Source of the DNA: Chrysomallon squamiferum
Taxonomy: Eukaryota > Animalia > Mollusca
Direction: 5' to 3'
NCBI GenBank assembly: GCA_012295275.1
Contig: CM022671.1
Span: forward strand, 17,422,001 to 17,486,000
Length of the DNA: 64,000 nt
Shown: piece after piece, positions 1 to 14,528 of the stretch
How positions within the stretch are numbered: position 1 is the first letter of the stretch
Layout: every line of letters starts with the position of its first letter
The notes under the pieces: model-generated
The model's input: only the letters and a program-made list of their open reading frames with translations
The model's database searches: none
Told to the model about the DNA's origin: nothing
Program-made: the position numbers and the translations under genes

Positions 1-434
1 AACAGTTTGAAGGAAAAAATAATTCACAGCAATACTGAAAATAAATTAATGTATATTTTAATGTATTTTGTCATTATCGCAATATGAATTATCGACAGCA
101 ATAAGAATAACTACAGTGAAATACACAGTTTATATTATGAACGTGACAGACGTCACAATAGTACAATGACTGAGTGAATCAGAGATGTAAATAATATATT
201 AAAATAGCGTATATATTATGATATTTGTGACACCTTAAATAGTTATGATACTACAAAATATTTTTACAGTATTATTTAGTATAACGAAGTCTGTTACTGT
301 TTGACTGTTCGGAATAGAAATACCCAATCTATTTTTGAGTTTACTGGTAAGCTGAACATGACAAATTTAGAATACAGATGACATAATATTATAATTTATA
401 CTGTATGAAGTTGTATTAAACACTAAAAGTAAAA

Positions 435-687
435 ATGACTCTGGACGAGTTTGATCGCATTAAGGTTGTAGGGAAAGGAAGTTACGGTGAAGTATGGCTT
501 GTTCGTCACAAGAAAGACAAAAAGCAGGTCAGTGAAATGAATTTAATTCCAGTTACTAAACTTTTATTTTTATTACTGTCTAGTTGTTGGTGGCAAAACA
601 AAGCGTGGATAAAATGTTCATCAATTTAATCAGTTTAAATAATAAATGTAATGATTTGAACACTTTATTTAATTAATTAATTTATTA

Positions 688-736
<49 letters not shown>

Positions 737-3700
737 CTTTAGCCAACTTTTTAAATACTTTTGTTTACATGAAACAAAGTTTTTGTAGGTTACTTTTGGT
801 CATAATAGTGATAGCTCAGATTATATTTATATATGTGTGTGTATGTGTTGTCTGTGTGTATGTATGTATGTATATGTATATGTAACAGCTTGATGATATT
901 AATAATAGTATATTTTCTATCATAAAATAAACATCATTGTTATATATACAGTATTCCCTCGCTATTCGCGGGGGTTACATTCTTTACCCCCCGCAAATAG
1001 CGAAAAACCGCGAATAGTGGATGCAGTTTTAAAACGTCTATTATGAGATTATATACGGTACTAAATGCTTCCCAAACACTTTCTAAAGACACTCTTACTC
1101 ATTAATACAGTAATAATGTAGTAATATTGCATGCAGTTATGTATTTCACTAATGTAGTAATGATAATGTAAACACATTTTAATTTGTACTGAAACAATAT
1201 TTTAATCAGAAAGAAACGTAAGTACAGGAGGACAGTAACACCGCATAGCATAGTTACCCATACAGTATTACTGTACCGTAAAGTCATTTTCTATGCGTAC
1301 AACATATGTATTAGAATTGACAGAAAGTGGAACAAATGTAAAGGCAAACAGACAGATAAATACAGTACACACAGTTCAGGTAATAATAATACAATTCAGT
1401 AATAATATGCAATTAAAAACATTATTAATACACGGTCACAAAAAATATGCACTGTACATACAGTGTATGCATTTATAAAAAAATACGTACTGTATTGCAA
1501 TAATAATTGAACAAATTTGATATTGTTTGTGCGGTTTACCGAGCATTTGTTTTTATGACGTTATGTGCTCACCTGGTATACCAGCATACGATGCGCAAGA
1601 GCCTAACCCGATATCTTGCGATGGGGAACCGCGAACAGGTGAGGGTATACTGTATATATTCTTAAGTGTGTGTGTGTATGTGTGTGAGGACAAAATTCCA
1701 GTCACGCCAAACACCATTGACCTAAACCCTATCAGACAAAAACCCACTCTTGATATTTTTTTGTCACATGTCAAAATAATATTTTATAAATGTTGTTTAA
1801 TTAACTATACTGATTACTTTTTGAATGAACCTCTGATAAATGTGTCCTGCTGAGGTTTGGATTATACTGTAAGATATATTGGTTATGAATGTATCCTCCC
1901 TGTCATTAGTTGATGTGTTCATGTGTGTTAGTAGGACAAAATTCATCAGTGATTTCAGACTTAAAACACCATTGACCTAAAACCCTTTAGTAGTAATATC
2001 CTTTTAACTATTTAGCCATAAATTATCCCTATCAGACAAAATCTTTCCAAAACAAATATATACTTAGGTTTTGTTAATAATTATGTGAATGGGGTTGTGT
2101 TCAAGTGTGATTTTTTTTTGTCACATGTCAAAAAACTAATATTTCAGATGGTTGTAAATGTGTCTGGAGATGAAGGTACATTATGATTTCTCGCTTTTGT
2201 TCCTTTTGGGTTGCAAGATGGTATAAAAAGGGTTGCAATGGTGGTATAAAAAGAATCGCTGCTTGTGTCTCCCAGTTTGATAATCATCCTCTAACAAGAA
2301 GACCCATTTTCAAGTGCCATGCCTCACATAACATGTTTTTAACCAGTAGAGACCATTCTATGAATGAGGAGGTGTCTTGAAGCAGTTGTTCATGTGTAGG
2401 GAGGTTACATGAGATACTGATAAAAAGTCAATATTTGGACTTGCCAGACATTATTCTTCAATTCTGTGAACCTGATGTGTGCATTGTACTGACAGTTAAG
2501 TCTGTGCAACAACAATGTTTTTAAATGAAATGAAATGATTTTCTAAATCTGTACATTTTCAAATAAACCATATTATGTCATGGTATTACTGGTCAAGTTT
2601 TTCCTCATCCGTTTCTGTTCACTGAAAATTTCATGTGGTATGGAAATGTTTGGCCCATTTCATGCACCAGTTCACACACACACACACACAGTTGGGTGGA
2701 TATATTATTTTCAAAGAAAGGCTTTGGATTTAATTTAAGAATTTATTTTCCTTTTTTCAGTATGTGCTGAAGAAAATGAATCTCCAGAGAGCATCAAAAC
2801 GAGAGAGATCTTCAGCAGAGCAAGAAGCAAAATTATTATCAAAACTTAAACATCCCAACATTGTATCATATAAAGACTCATTTGAAACAGCTGAGGGCAA
2901 TTTATACATAGCTATGCAGTATTGTGAAGGAGGTGATCTCTACACAAGACTGAAGGAACAAAAGGGAATTCTTTTGCCAGAAAGACAAGTTGTTGAGTGG
3001 TTTGTTCAGATTGCTATGGCATTACAGGTAATTTTTTAATTAATATAATGTTTCTTACATTTCTATATGGAGTGCAATCATAGGCACGTTGTGACCTGAA
3101 TAACTTTCTGAATGGCACATCTGATTTCACGAGGAAAATAATGTTTATTTGTAATGCAGGCTGTCTTATGATGAGCCTTTTCTCATATGGCCCACTTCTC
3201 TAAAAATGTTGTCCATGCCTGATTTAAGTATTTGCTATTGCTTATGTTACTCATGCAAAATTATTTCAGTTTGACAAAATAACTGATTTTACAGGCAACA
3301 TACTGATATTAGTGATTTATATATGAAAAGTAAAGCAAAAAAATGAAATCTCATTTAATAATCATTCTAATATTTTAAGAAAAATGTAAAACCTTATTCA
3401 ATAATAATTCTAATATTTGATTATGAATTCATCTTCACTTTTCTTTCAGTACATGCATGAACGTCATATACTTCACAGAGATCTAAAAACTCAAAATATA
3501 TTTTTAACAAAAAGCAAAATAATAAAAGTTGGAGATTTGGGAATTGCCAGGTATGAAAGAGTTAATTAGTTTTTATAACATAATTAACATATTCACCGTA
3601 ATTTAATTACAGATAATTTTCTTCATGTCTTTTTGTTTTAATTCATTAATTTTAGAAGATATCTGAAAAATTAAAATTGGCAATGTCACATGTACTGATG

Positions 3701-6700
3701 TAGGTTTTTCAGTAATTATTCATTCTGAATACTGTTAGGAAATTGCAGATATCTATTAATACTGGCAAGTTTTTGGCTTGATTTTTCAATCTACAATTTT
3801 TTAGAGTATTAGACAACTGTACAGATATGGCAACAACTCTGATAGGAACACCTTACTACATGAGTCCAGAACTTTTCTCCAACAAACCATATAATCACAA
3901 GGTATTTCAGTGTCAGCTAACAAAATAGTTCCAAATGTTAATCCTGGATTATTGTTATCTTTATTATTAATATTATTATTATTATTATTTAACATGTGAC
4001 ATAATTTATGTCTTTATAATAATATTCATTCATTAACTGCCTTTTTCTCTTTTGTCTAGAGATATTTAGGCATCAGTTATTAAAATATATATATATATAT
4101 ATGTATGTATATGTGTGTGTGTGTGTACAAAAATCTTGATTTTCATATGTACAGGCAATATGCAAACACTCTTTAATACTTGTTTACATACATATTTACA
4201 AATGAATAATTTTATTTATACATCCACATGATTACCTTATTTATAACCTTTTCTTACAATAATAAAATATAACAGTACTGGCACAGGCATTTAAGGATAG
4301 ACAGAGGTTCACATTTTCCTATGTCAGATTATTTACAAAAATGTTAAGTTCTTGGTAGATAAAAGAATGTTTTCTCTTCTACACAGTCTAATAGTATTTT
4401 TGTATTTCTGATGTCAGTTACCCTCAAATACATATCATATTATGTCCATGCTAACAGAAAAATTAATTATAAATGAAAAGAAACTCTCTGTAACTGTTCA
4501 TGTTTGTAATTTTATTAGCATACTTTATAATTAGTAAAGATGTGTCTCATTTAGATGTTTACAAAATGTTCATAACAAATTAATTATAAAAAAAGAAATC
4601 GCAATATCTTTGCAACTCTTCAGGTGTGTTAGTTTATTATCATGTACTTTATTATTAGTAAAGATTGGTTTTCAATTAAATGTTCGCTCCAGCAATATAC
4701 TCTTTTCTGTAATAAACAAATATAATTTTCAGTCTGATGTGTGGGCTTTAGGATGCTGTGTATATGAGATGGCTACATTAAAGCATGCTTTTAATGCTAA
4801 AGATATGAATTCATTAGTCTACAAGATTCTGAAAGGAAAGGTAAATATACATAATTATTATATTTTTTATTTCTCTTCATGCTGTTGTTGTTTTATTAAC
4901 ATATATAATATTCATTACAGCCATTAAATTGACAATTTTATTAACATAACTTATCATTGCTGTAACTACATTGAGGCAAATGAAGCAAATGCCTCATATT
5001 GAAATTGACAATTTTTGTTGTTTTTCTTTTTTATACAAAGATTTTATTTAAAAAATATAAAATGTAAATGCTAGAATCAAAGATTTTGCATCTTTCAAGT
5101 GGGAGCTGTCATCCACATTTTGGTGCCCCGCTCCATTCTGTGTTTAAGTGTTTTTGCCTTATCTCAAAAAGAGTCAAGTTATGACCATGCTTATCCTTTT
5201 TAGTGTTGTAAGATTGGGTAAATAAAGTCTATACATTTTCTAAATACATCTTGATAAAGTGTCAGATATAATCATCTAAAAAGGGGAAATAACTGAACAA
5301 ATATTTTACCTCTCAAATAGGTTTTTCATATTGCCTTTTTCTAACACAATAATAATTAAAAAAAATGGTTAAATTAATACTTCTATGAATATAATTTTTG
5401 TTGTTGTTGTTGTTTCATGCTAGATGCCTCAGATGCCAAAACAATACAGTCCAGAACTTAATGCCATTATTAAAAGTTTGTTACACCAAGATCCAGACAG
5501 GAGGCCAAGTGTGAATAGAATTCTTAGAGACCCTTTCATCAAAACAAATATAGCAATATTTCTAGAAGAAACAAAGAAAAAGTAAACCCTTATAATCATC
5601 GTTTGTTATTTAAAATAATTGTTTTTAATTTTTATTGTATTTATTTTAAAAGAGTAAAACTAAAATATGAAAAGAATTTTAAATGCTAATTTAATGCCAG
5701 TGATGAAATTTAATGATTGTTTTGGGTATTTCATTTGATTAATCGGAAACATTTACATTTGTGTGTAGAATTAAAAACATTACAAATTTAATATGCATAC
5801 ACACACACCATTTACATATTTACTAATGTTATTTTCAGAAAGTGTAAATACTTATTGTTATTACGGGATATATATTAAAAAATTAAACATAAAAAATTAA
5901 AATTAAAATTTAAGAAAGTCATACTTTGCTATGATATATCATGAAGGTTTTTATTTTAGTTGTCGCCGTCCAGGAACTGCATCTAGACCATCTTCGTCTT
6001 CTGGTAACCGACAATCATCAGCTTTGTCAAACCGGTCTGATTCTCAGAAACCTAAACTACCTGTCTCAAACTGCTCAGACAAAAAAGAAGGAGATACTGT
6101 TGACAGTGCTGTAGCACCCTTTGTTTCCAAAGAGCAAGTGTCGGTTGGTTCAGGTGATGCTCAGGAAATTTTGGTGCCGCATAAGAGCCATTCACGAAAA
6201 CCTTCAGATGGTGCTAAACCAATGGAACCAATCCATGAGAAACTGGAGGAGAAAGATAAAGCTTCATTGCACAGTTCATCTGAGTCTACAGTAAAAACTG
6301 CCGACACAGTAGTTGCTGTCACAGTTGTTAATAAAGAGGTGAACTTGCAGTTTATTTATTTTAATATACACTGACATTGTATTTATATCTCATTCATTTG
6401 ATCCAACAGTTAAGCAATGTATTTGGTGTAAGAGATATGGTTGAGTATTATGGAAGATTTGCAAGGATTCTCACTTTTGTTAAAAATAACTTATCAAATA
6501 CGATACTTTTTAATGCCCAAAATAGGTTTGTCTCAAAAACTGAATCAGAGAATACTACTTCTGTGAATTGTTAGTCTGTTTTGATAACCTCTGAAACCTT
6601 TTTTATTTAAAAGACTGAAAACCCTGAACAGCAAGAAAAGAAAGAGAAACGCAAGAGGAGAAAATACCTTGGAATGAAGGCTCAGGCAGATGAGAAAGAA

Positions 6701-9700
6701 CATTCAGAGAAAAGTAAGGTTGTTGAAGTTGATCTTCAACCTGCTCTGCCTAAATCACCTCCGCGGAAATCATCTGGAATTTCAAAGGTAAAATGTCGAT
6801 TTATTTCAATAATGGTGGAGATAACTATTAACCTGCTCGCAAAATCAGAAATGAAGAATGTAACGAGTAAATAAATAATGTTGCAAAAATGTTCATTTGT
6901 TCAACCTACATGCAAATCTTATCCATAGAAAAACAAAAAGAAGTTGCTGAATTGTTTCAAAAACATTATTTTAGTAATTTTGTATTTATTTTCGTTTCAT
7001 TTAAATCAGTTAAGTCAGTCTCCACGTCCATTGCCTGTCCTTCCAAAGGCTGAGGAGAGTGAAGGATTACCTCAGAAACACGACGAGCTGGTAAAGAAAA
7101 AAGTTCAGAAGGAAGAGAGATCAGACTCGTCTAAATCGTCAGCATCCAGTGTGTCCAGTTCAAAAGAAGAGTACCCCATCACTGATCTGGAAACACCCAG
7201 GGTATGTGACACGAGGAACAAACAGTTCAGTTCACTGGTCAGGCAAAAACAATTCTTGATCTGTTCTTCTCACCAACATTCTTACTAACTGTAACCAGTT
7301 CTTTTTAACTCATGCAGTTATTTTTTTGGTCTGATCACCTAATATTTGGTCAGGTAGTTTACTTCGTTTTTGGAGCACTAAATTGTTTATCATCGATGTC
7401 GAACTCATGTCATTTTCATCTGCTTCGTGGACTTTGAGTGCAAGTCATAAATTATAATAATTAATAACAGTAATGTTTAATATGGAAATCATGAAAAAGA
7501 ATTGTAATTTTCATTACTGCAGCAATCTTTATGATTATGTTGTTTATTACTAACAAAATAGTTAATTTTATATTTCACTTATTACTTAGATAAGCTTATT
7601 ACTATGACAGTGTTACATTTTATGTTTTATGCTTACAGAGTTTACCCAACATGTCTGCCAGAGAAAGAAGAAGAAGCAGAAATCCGGCAGCTGCTTGTAA
7701 GTTCATTTTATACTGTACCGTGAACTGAAGACTGTCTTATGTATTGTAATGTGCTAACAATTGATGACTCTCTAACATTTTAAACATTTTAGTATTAACA
7801 GTTATTAAGTGTCAAATAACTGTTTTATTATGTAATGAAATGGGGAACCTGCTACCACTGTTCCAGAACCTTTGAAAGTAATCATTTTTATAGCTTATGG
7901 TACAGAGAGCAATATCATTCATAGTCTGATGGCCTTCAGGCCTAGTCAGAAAGCAAATGAAATGAAAAAGAATAAGAAATCATTTTTATTAAAAAAAATG
8001 TATTGATGATTCTCTAAGTCAAACTCTTCAGGATTACTGAACTTCTTGAAGGTTGTCTAACTATCTTTTTTCTTCTTCTTTCTCTTGTTAGCATCTGAAA
8101 ACCCCACTTCAGCAAGAATTAAATTAGTAAAAGTTCAGTATGAACCAAGCGATAAAAAAACAAAATCCAGAGAAGTAAGTACTTGACTGTCTTTAGAATA
8201 TATTATTATTTTTATTTTAGATACTGAACATGAGAAAAATATTTCATTCTTTTGTTAATCCTTGCTAACTCAAGTTAAGAAAGATATTATTTACAAATTG
8301 CTTTTTTTTTTTATTTTATTTTTTTTTAAATACTTAGTAGTATGTTATGTATATGGATATACCAATTTACCTGCAGTTAAAGCAGAATGTTCAACTTCCC
8401 TTGGTTGGTGCAGTTTGTTATGGTTTTATAAATATATATATATGTATAGGTTCATTTGAAAGATGTATACATATTTTTTAGAATAATAAATACTCTTTTT
8501 GGAAATAGGAATTACATGAAATAAACTAACAGTGACTTCCATTTTCAGTCAGAATCACAGAAAGTTAAACAGGTCTCTAAGAAGGGCATGCGACAGCCAT
8601 CAATTCACGATGAGAGCAGCTCTGAGGAGGAAGTACTGGCCAGCACCAGTGAAAAGGAGAAAAGACGGTGAAACTATTAATTATTTTATCATTCTGTTTG
8701 TTTATGTTTCAAGTCAGTAGCTGGCTTCAGCTCTGTAATAAGGTTCTTCTTTGGGTGCATTGTAGTTGTCATGTCAATAGACCTTATCGCTTAGGTTGAC
8801 CTATTTTCTGTTTTTTTTATTATTATTATTTTATTAAATTTTTTATTTTAAGTCTGTTTATAGTCTGATGGCAATAAAAGATTTCATCAGAGAAAGTAAA
8901 ACGAAACTACAACTAAAAAAAATGTTGGACCTCTAGAAGTAGGTGGTGTATATCATTTTCAAAATTGTAACTATGGATATAAGTAATTTGGTTCTGATTT
9001 GTTTTTCCTTTTCACATTTTATTCTGCTGAATCATCTGATTATATAGCAATGATGATCAGAAAACATAAATGATAGTAATAATTATTTTAAATTTTTTTT
9101 TTTAAATATTTTTCAGTGAAAACAAGGAAATCCATAATTTTATTTCCCTTTTGGACACGACCCTTCATCTGAATCATGGCAATGATAAATCTGATGAAGA
9201 AGAACTTGTTCCGGTTTTCAGTGCAATCAGTGAAGAGAATGGGACCTCTGAGAAAACACCACACAACCCTCCTGTAGAACAGCAGTCAGTGTGCAAAGTC
9301 AACTCCATGCCTAGTAAGTGTCGACTGCACCTGCTTTGAAAGACTCACTTCATCATCAGCTACTTCACGTGTTTACAAAAACCTTTTAAATGTATACATG
9401 TGGCAATTATCAATAAACAGATTCAGTAAATTTGATATAATTTTAAATGAAAGTTATTGTTTTGATAATGAATTTTATTTCTGCTACTGCTGTGACTTTT
9501 AAGAAAACTATATAAAAAGAGTTTCGAAAGAATCTTGAATATTGTAGATTTGTGTGTTTTGAGTGTATTTTTAGCCGATTTGTTGGAAGATTTTTTTTTT
9601 GTAGTGATTTTATTATATTAACATTGATACGAGTGGTTCTCAATTTACTATTTAGTTAAATTAAATGTGACTGTTGTATTTGGCAGGACATTAGTAAATA

Positions 9701-11158
9701 GTAATTTGTTTTTGTTACAGGTGTAGAAACTTTGACAGATTCAAACCGATTAATGAAACGCATACGACTTTTACACACGTGAGTTTTGGTGGTTTTTTTA
9801 TTGCTATTACTACAGCTTAAAAATGATGGCTGAAAATTAAGAAGCAAGAATTAACGTTATAAATCCAAATAAATATTTAGTTGTTCTATGCATTTTTCTG
9901 AAGTCAATTTTAACACAGAAATATTTAATGTTATGTTTCAAAAATTCATTTTCATCGTATATTAACAAGCAGATGTTTATTGATTGGATTAAAATATTTT
10001 TTATTTTTTTTATTTTGTTTATATTTCCAGCCTTTATAAAACAATATTTTTCAAACCTGTTTACATTGATAAAAAGCTTTGGAGAAATGTATTTATTTTT
10101 ATATTTGTGTTACTGACATAATTTTTTGGGAAATTATATGTAAAAATTAGTTATCATATTTAAAAAACAAATAATTGCTTCTTTAGTATATCCATGTTAT
10201 AAGAGAATATGAATTTATGTGTCAGTTTAAAATATACAACACATTTTTTACAAAAAAAAGCAGATAAAGATTGTTTTATGTTTTTATTATTATTTTTGTT
10301 AAATTTTTTATTTTTTATTTTTTTTTAATTTAGTGTTTTTCTTTCTCTTTTTTTCACTGTATTTAAAAAATAAAAATGAAAATCCTGTCTGAGAATTAAT
10401 GAATTTTCAGCACTAAAATAACTGACCATCACTGGATATAGACATATATATTTTATTTCGTCTTTTGTTTTATTTATGTCATTACTTTTTGAAAATAGAT
10501 GAAACTTAATATCTGTGTAAATGTAGAACATCATTGATTGAAAAATACATTTTTGTTCTTTAAAAATCGTTGCAGTAAAGTGATGTATTTTATGTTTCAG
10601 AGATTGCATAAAAGGAGTGGGATATGACATTCTACGTAAAGCTTATGACATTCTCAACAAGATTGATGAGGACGAAATTGAGGTACTTTATAATGTCATG
10701 TTACAATATTATATAGTAGTATAATGATCCATATTTTGTCACAAAGAAATATATATATATATATGTATATCTAACACAATATCAGTTGTTGTAAAGATGA
10801 GTAAATGCTTGTTTCAGTCAGTACATTTCAACCATAATTGAAATTGTGAACCATTGTACTCTGCTGTTATTTTGATATTAGTTCAGTGAAGTAAGTATTA
10901 ACTGTCTATTCAGATGAAGAATAAGAACAAATCATTATTTCTAAGAGAACATACAAAAAAATATTGTTCTTTCTGTTTTTAAATTATTATCATTATTTAA
11001 TTTTTTTCTGATTTTTCATTGCTGTGTCACAGTTCAAACAATTTAGCATAACAATTATTTTTCAGCCTAAGCTTGTGGATTTGATGGGAAAAGAAAAGTT
11101 TGATGAGTATGCTGGGAAGATTTGGCAGCTGAAATTCTGTGAAGAATCTTTGTTCTAA
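435..11158 (+). CDS. NEK4: Serine/threonine kinase NEK4 (NIMA-related), 16 coding exons, 752 aa
   Basis: Exons: 435-527, 2761-3027, 3450-3550, 3805-3901, 4733-4840, 5424-5581, 5960-6338, 6614-6787, 7010-7201, 7639-7696, 8092-8174, 8549-8667, 9117-9313, 9721-9778, 10601-10682, 11066-11158. All introns are GT-AG with consistent phases, total 2259 nt. Kinase motifs: [26 protein letters not shown] (DLG, as in NEK4), [46 protein letters not shown]. Also a NEK4-type SARERRR motif and the C-terminus [13 protein letters not shown]. Confidence 0.96.
949..1652. mobile_element. Non-autonomous Tc1/mariner (pogo/Tigger-type) MITE in NEK4 intron 1
   Basis: Left end CAGTATTCCCTCGCTATTCGCGG. The right end reverse-complements to CAGTATACCCTCACCTGTTCGCGG. 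TA flanks both sides, and there is no transposase ORF. Confidence 0.8.
1680..2145. repeat. Degenerate local duplication in NEK4 intron 1
   Basis: The blocks GGACAAAATTC, AAACACCATTGACCTAAA, CCCTATCAGACAAAA and TTTTTTTGTCACATGTCAAAA occur in the same order at about 1688-1775 and again at about 1934-2135. Confidence 0.7.
2190..2672 (+). mobile_element. Internally deleted Tc1-like transposon remnant (ends approximate)
   Basis: 2364-2420 translates to [17 protein letters not shown], matching the typical Tc1 transposase C-terminus (SMRRRCxAVIxARGGHTRY). An upstream ATG at 2319 gives MPHIT (Tc1 N-termini often begin MPRLT), preceded by GGTATAAAA boxes. Confidence 0.65.
4454..4685. repeat. Degenerate tandem duplication of about 120 bp in NEK4 intron 4
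   Basis: Two copies of AAATTAATTATAAA...AAAGAAA...ACTTTAT...ATTAGTAAAGAT...ATGTT. Confidence 0.65.
4955..5190. mobile_element. Probable degenerate MITE in NEK4 intron 5
   Basis: Imperfect terminal inverted repeat CATTGCTGTAACT ... AGTTATGACCATG, with an internal TGAGGCA...TGCCTCA hairpin. Confidence 0.35.
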
Positions 11159-13379
11159 AACCAAGAGTTGATTTTTAGACTTCTGTGATATCAAAACTGT
11201 AACAATATATTTGTTTGTACTAAATAAGGCAATTTGGAATTCACTGAAACAAAACCCGATTATTATATTAACCCGACATTATAAAATACAAGCTGAAGTC
11301 AAGCTTACATTAAAAGAAATAATTGCATTAATGGGTGATTTAGACATTTAGTATTCCCCAATCACATACTTTCACATAACCACATTTAGCTGTTTTGTTC
11401 CTGTGGTCTGTTTCAGAGCTTACACAGGCCGTAATACGCAAACAAATCAGAACATATATTCTTTTGTGTCTGTCTCTATAAATGTTGATAATTTATTTCC
11501 TATTGACATTTTTGTTTTTTTCAGTAAATGGCATTTTGAGTAAATGATATGAAGTTCGCCTAAGAGAATCCATCTTCACATTTTTTAAATATATATTTTT
11601 TTATTACTAAAGTTTGGATACTGGCAAGTATATGTTATTAAAATCAGTGCTTCTAATAAGTGTCCATTATCATAATTGTTTTAAATGTTGGAAAGGTGTA
11701 CATGTTAAGGGGGCATTTCTAAATATGTTGCAGACGATTTTGTAACCAATTTCACACTGATAACATTAAACAGCATTAAATTGTTCACATGCAGTTCTTA
11801 AATATTAGGGACTCATTTTAAAAATGCTAAGACAGTTCAAAAGTAAATTTAAACCAAAGTGCAATAACCTTTAGCTTATTTACTATACACAACCTTTCTT
11901 TTTATATCATAATTTTAAAAAATGTTCAATGTAAAATAGGTGACTGTTAATGTTTACAAATTAAAAATCAAATGTATTCAAATGTTTTATTATTTTCAAG
12001 ATTATATTTTTTACAGAATGTAATCTACCAGATTTTAAACATATTTTTGAAGAAAGATGAAATACAGTAATATTTTTGAAATAATTATTTTCAGTAAATT
12101 AATTATACTGCTATCTTTGATATTAGTGTTTTCAGTAAATTTACTTTCATAGTTCAACAAGTTATAACTCATTTTGTTGTTTAAAAATATTCCAAAGTGT
12201 TTGAAGTAGCCAGTTTATTTATCTGAGTATCACATATTACAATCTAAGCTGTTATTTTTAAACTAGTTAATTCATCACATTCCACATTTTTAAAAATAGT
12301 TTTTCAATATTTACCTTTAAAAATGAATGATTGGTATTTATCTTTCCTTTATCAACTCTGGGAGTACAGATCTTTCGTCATTAAAGTAATTACTCACATT
12401 CGACACACTTGCAAATTAAATGTAATTAATAGATATATTTTAAATCTGAGTATTATGTTTTCTGATATTAAACTTTTATTTACTCTTTCAAAGTACTCAT
12501 GTAATGTTTGAAACTGGCTCATTTAATATAAGTAATCTTATGTTTGTATTATATGCTTTTTATTTTCTCTTATCAGTTTTTCTTTTATGTCTTGCTGGTT
12601 TGAGATCCAGATTAATCTTCTTTTCTTTTTTTCTATTTTCTATTTTTCTTTCTTTCATTATATGTTTTGTTTGTTTTCTTTTCTTTGTTTGTTTCTTTTT
12701 TTTAAAGAATACCTGCAAATTTAATTTTAATATATATTTTTAGTAATATATAACTATATCCCATTGTAAATGCAAGTATATGTAAAATACTTTGTGCTAT
12801 TACAATACAACTGCTTCGTTTAGCATACATAATTCAATACACAAACGCGCGCGCGCACACGCACACACACACACACACATGCAGATACATAAGGTTGAAA
12901 AATATTGTTAAAATTACACAATACAGATATATATATATATATATATAAATCACAATAATCAGAAGAAATCTGAAAGGAGCAGTATTATCAAAAGATAGAA
13001 AATATGTCTGATTCTGTAACGCATTATCCTATACTATTTACGTTGGTGTATACTTTAAAACATACGTATTTAAATAAACACTATATCATTCACAGAAATA
13101 AATAAAAAATAGTGACAGTCGTGTTTGTTTTGAATTATTACTAGTACAGATCCATATCCTTTTGTGCATTTCATATCGTTCTTTGGCACTTCAATCGTTC
13201 ACCTCCATAAAGCAGGTAACAGTACCTTGGCTAAATTCCAATAGCCAGCAGTTCGAATAATACAGGCCTAAACTACGTGTTTGTATGAATATAGCAAGAA
13301 AGAAAGAAGACATGTTTTGAACACATTTTGAAATCTCTGTATGGCGATAATATGACACTAAATATCTTTGCATAGATAA

Positions 13380-13582
13380 AAGAGAAGGGAAACGTTTTAT
13401 TTAACAATGCACTCAACACATTTTTAAAATAAATTACATGGCACCAAGCAGGAAAGAAGAAATGGTATATTTAACAATGGATTCAACACATTTTGAAATT
13501 TATGTATAGTGTGAAATAAATTACATAATACCTAGAAGGAAAGAAACGGTTTATTTAACAGTGCACTCGACGTATTTTTGAA
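13380..13582. repeat. Three degenerate copies of a SINE-terminus-like motif
   Basis: GAAACGTTTTATTTAACAATGCACTCAACACATTTT at about 13390, with variants at about 13458 and 13544. The resemblance to an abundant gastropod SINE end is from memory and unverified. Confidence 0.55.
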
Positions 13583-13676
13583 CCTCTGACTGCATGGTGT
13601 AAAAGATAAAATAATAACACATCTGTATTATAAGAGAAAAACACGGAACTCTATATACCATAACACACACACAGCC

Positions 13677-13718
<42 letters not shown>

Positions 13719-14149
13719 AAACGTTAATGAATGAAACATCGTCAAGCGAAAAATCGTCAATGAGATAATGAAAAACAGCTATTTAAGTGTATTTCACTTA
13801 TGTATAATCGTGATGTCAACATTACGCCAGAGTTATTACTGAAGCTTATAATGTGTTAGATTACGTTATTACATTAATTAAATTACTTCAGAATTTCTTC
13901 TTCAATCATTTATGAGTCTTATAACTGTATACAGGTTGAAGTTAATAAAGCGTCGTATACCACTGCTTTCACCTTAAACTTCATCTAATTAAACTAATTA
14001 ATAATTTAGGAATTTAATTTAAATGTTTACCTAAACAGGTTAATTATTTTTAAAGTCTGAAATTACGAAGACGTCTGGTAGTCCTCTGAAACATATCCAT
14101 CAAATCATTTTAAAATAAAGAAGAAAACCAGTTATATATTTTAAATATT

Positions 14150-14343
14150 TATCCTAGTCCTCGTCTTTTGCATAGACTGGCGGTTCTTATACTGTGTTTT
14201 CTGCGTTATGTATCGAGTGGTGGCAGTTCTGCAATGTTCCTGTCTTTTGTACCGTGCGGAGACTGTTCTACAAGAAACCTGGCAAATGTGTCGCGTGTTG
14301 GCCGTTACCCGAAGGTCAATAAAAAAAAAAAAAAAAAAAAAAA
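14150..14343 (+). mobile_element. Possible 5'-truncated retroposed fragment with a poly(A) tail
   Basis: An isolated GC-richer block of about 170 bp ends in AATAAA, which runs straight into about 23 A and then (AAT)n. No clear target-site duplication. Confidence 0.35.
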
Positions 14344-14481
14344 TAATAATAATAATAATAATAATAATAAAGAAAGAAAGAAGGAAAGAAAAATCCCATC
14401 CCACACTTGGGTCATCGTTAATGGGTCAGTTTAGCACGGTGTGAATAAATAATTAAAGATCATCTAACAAAGATAAATTTT

Positions 14482-14528
<47 letters not shown>

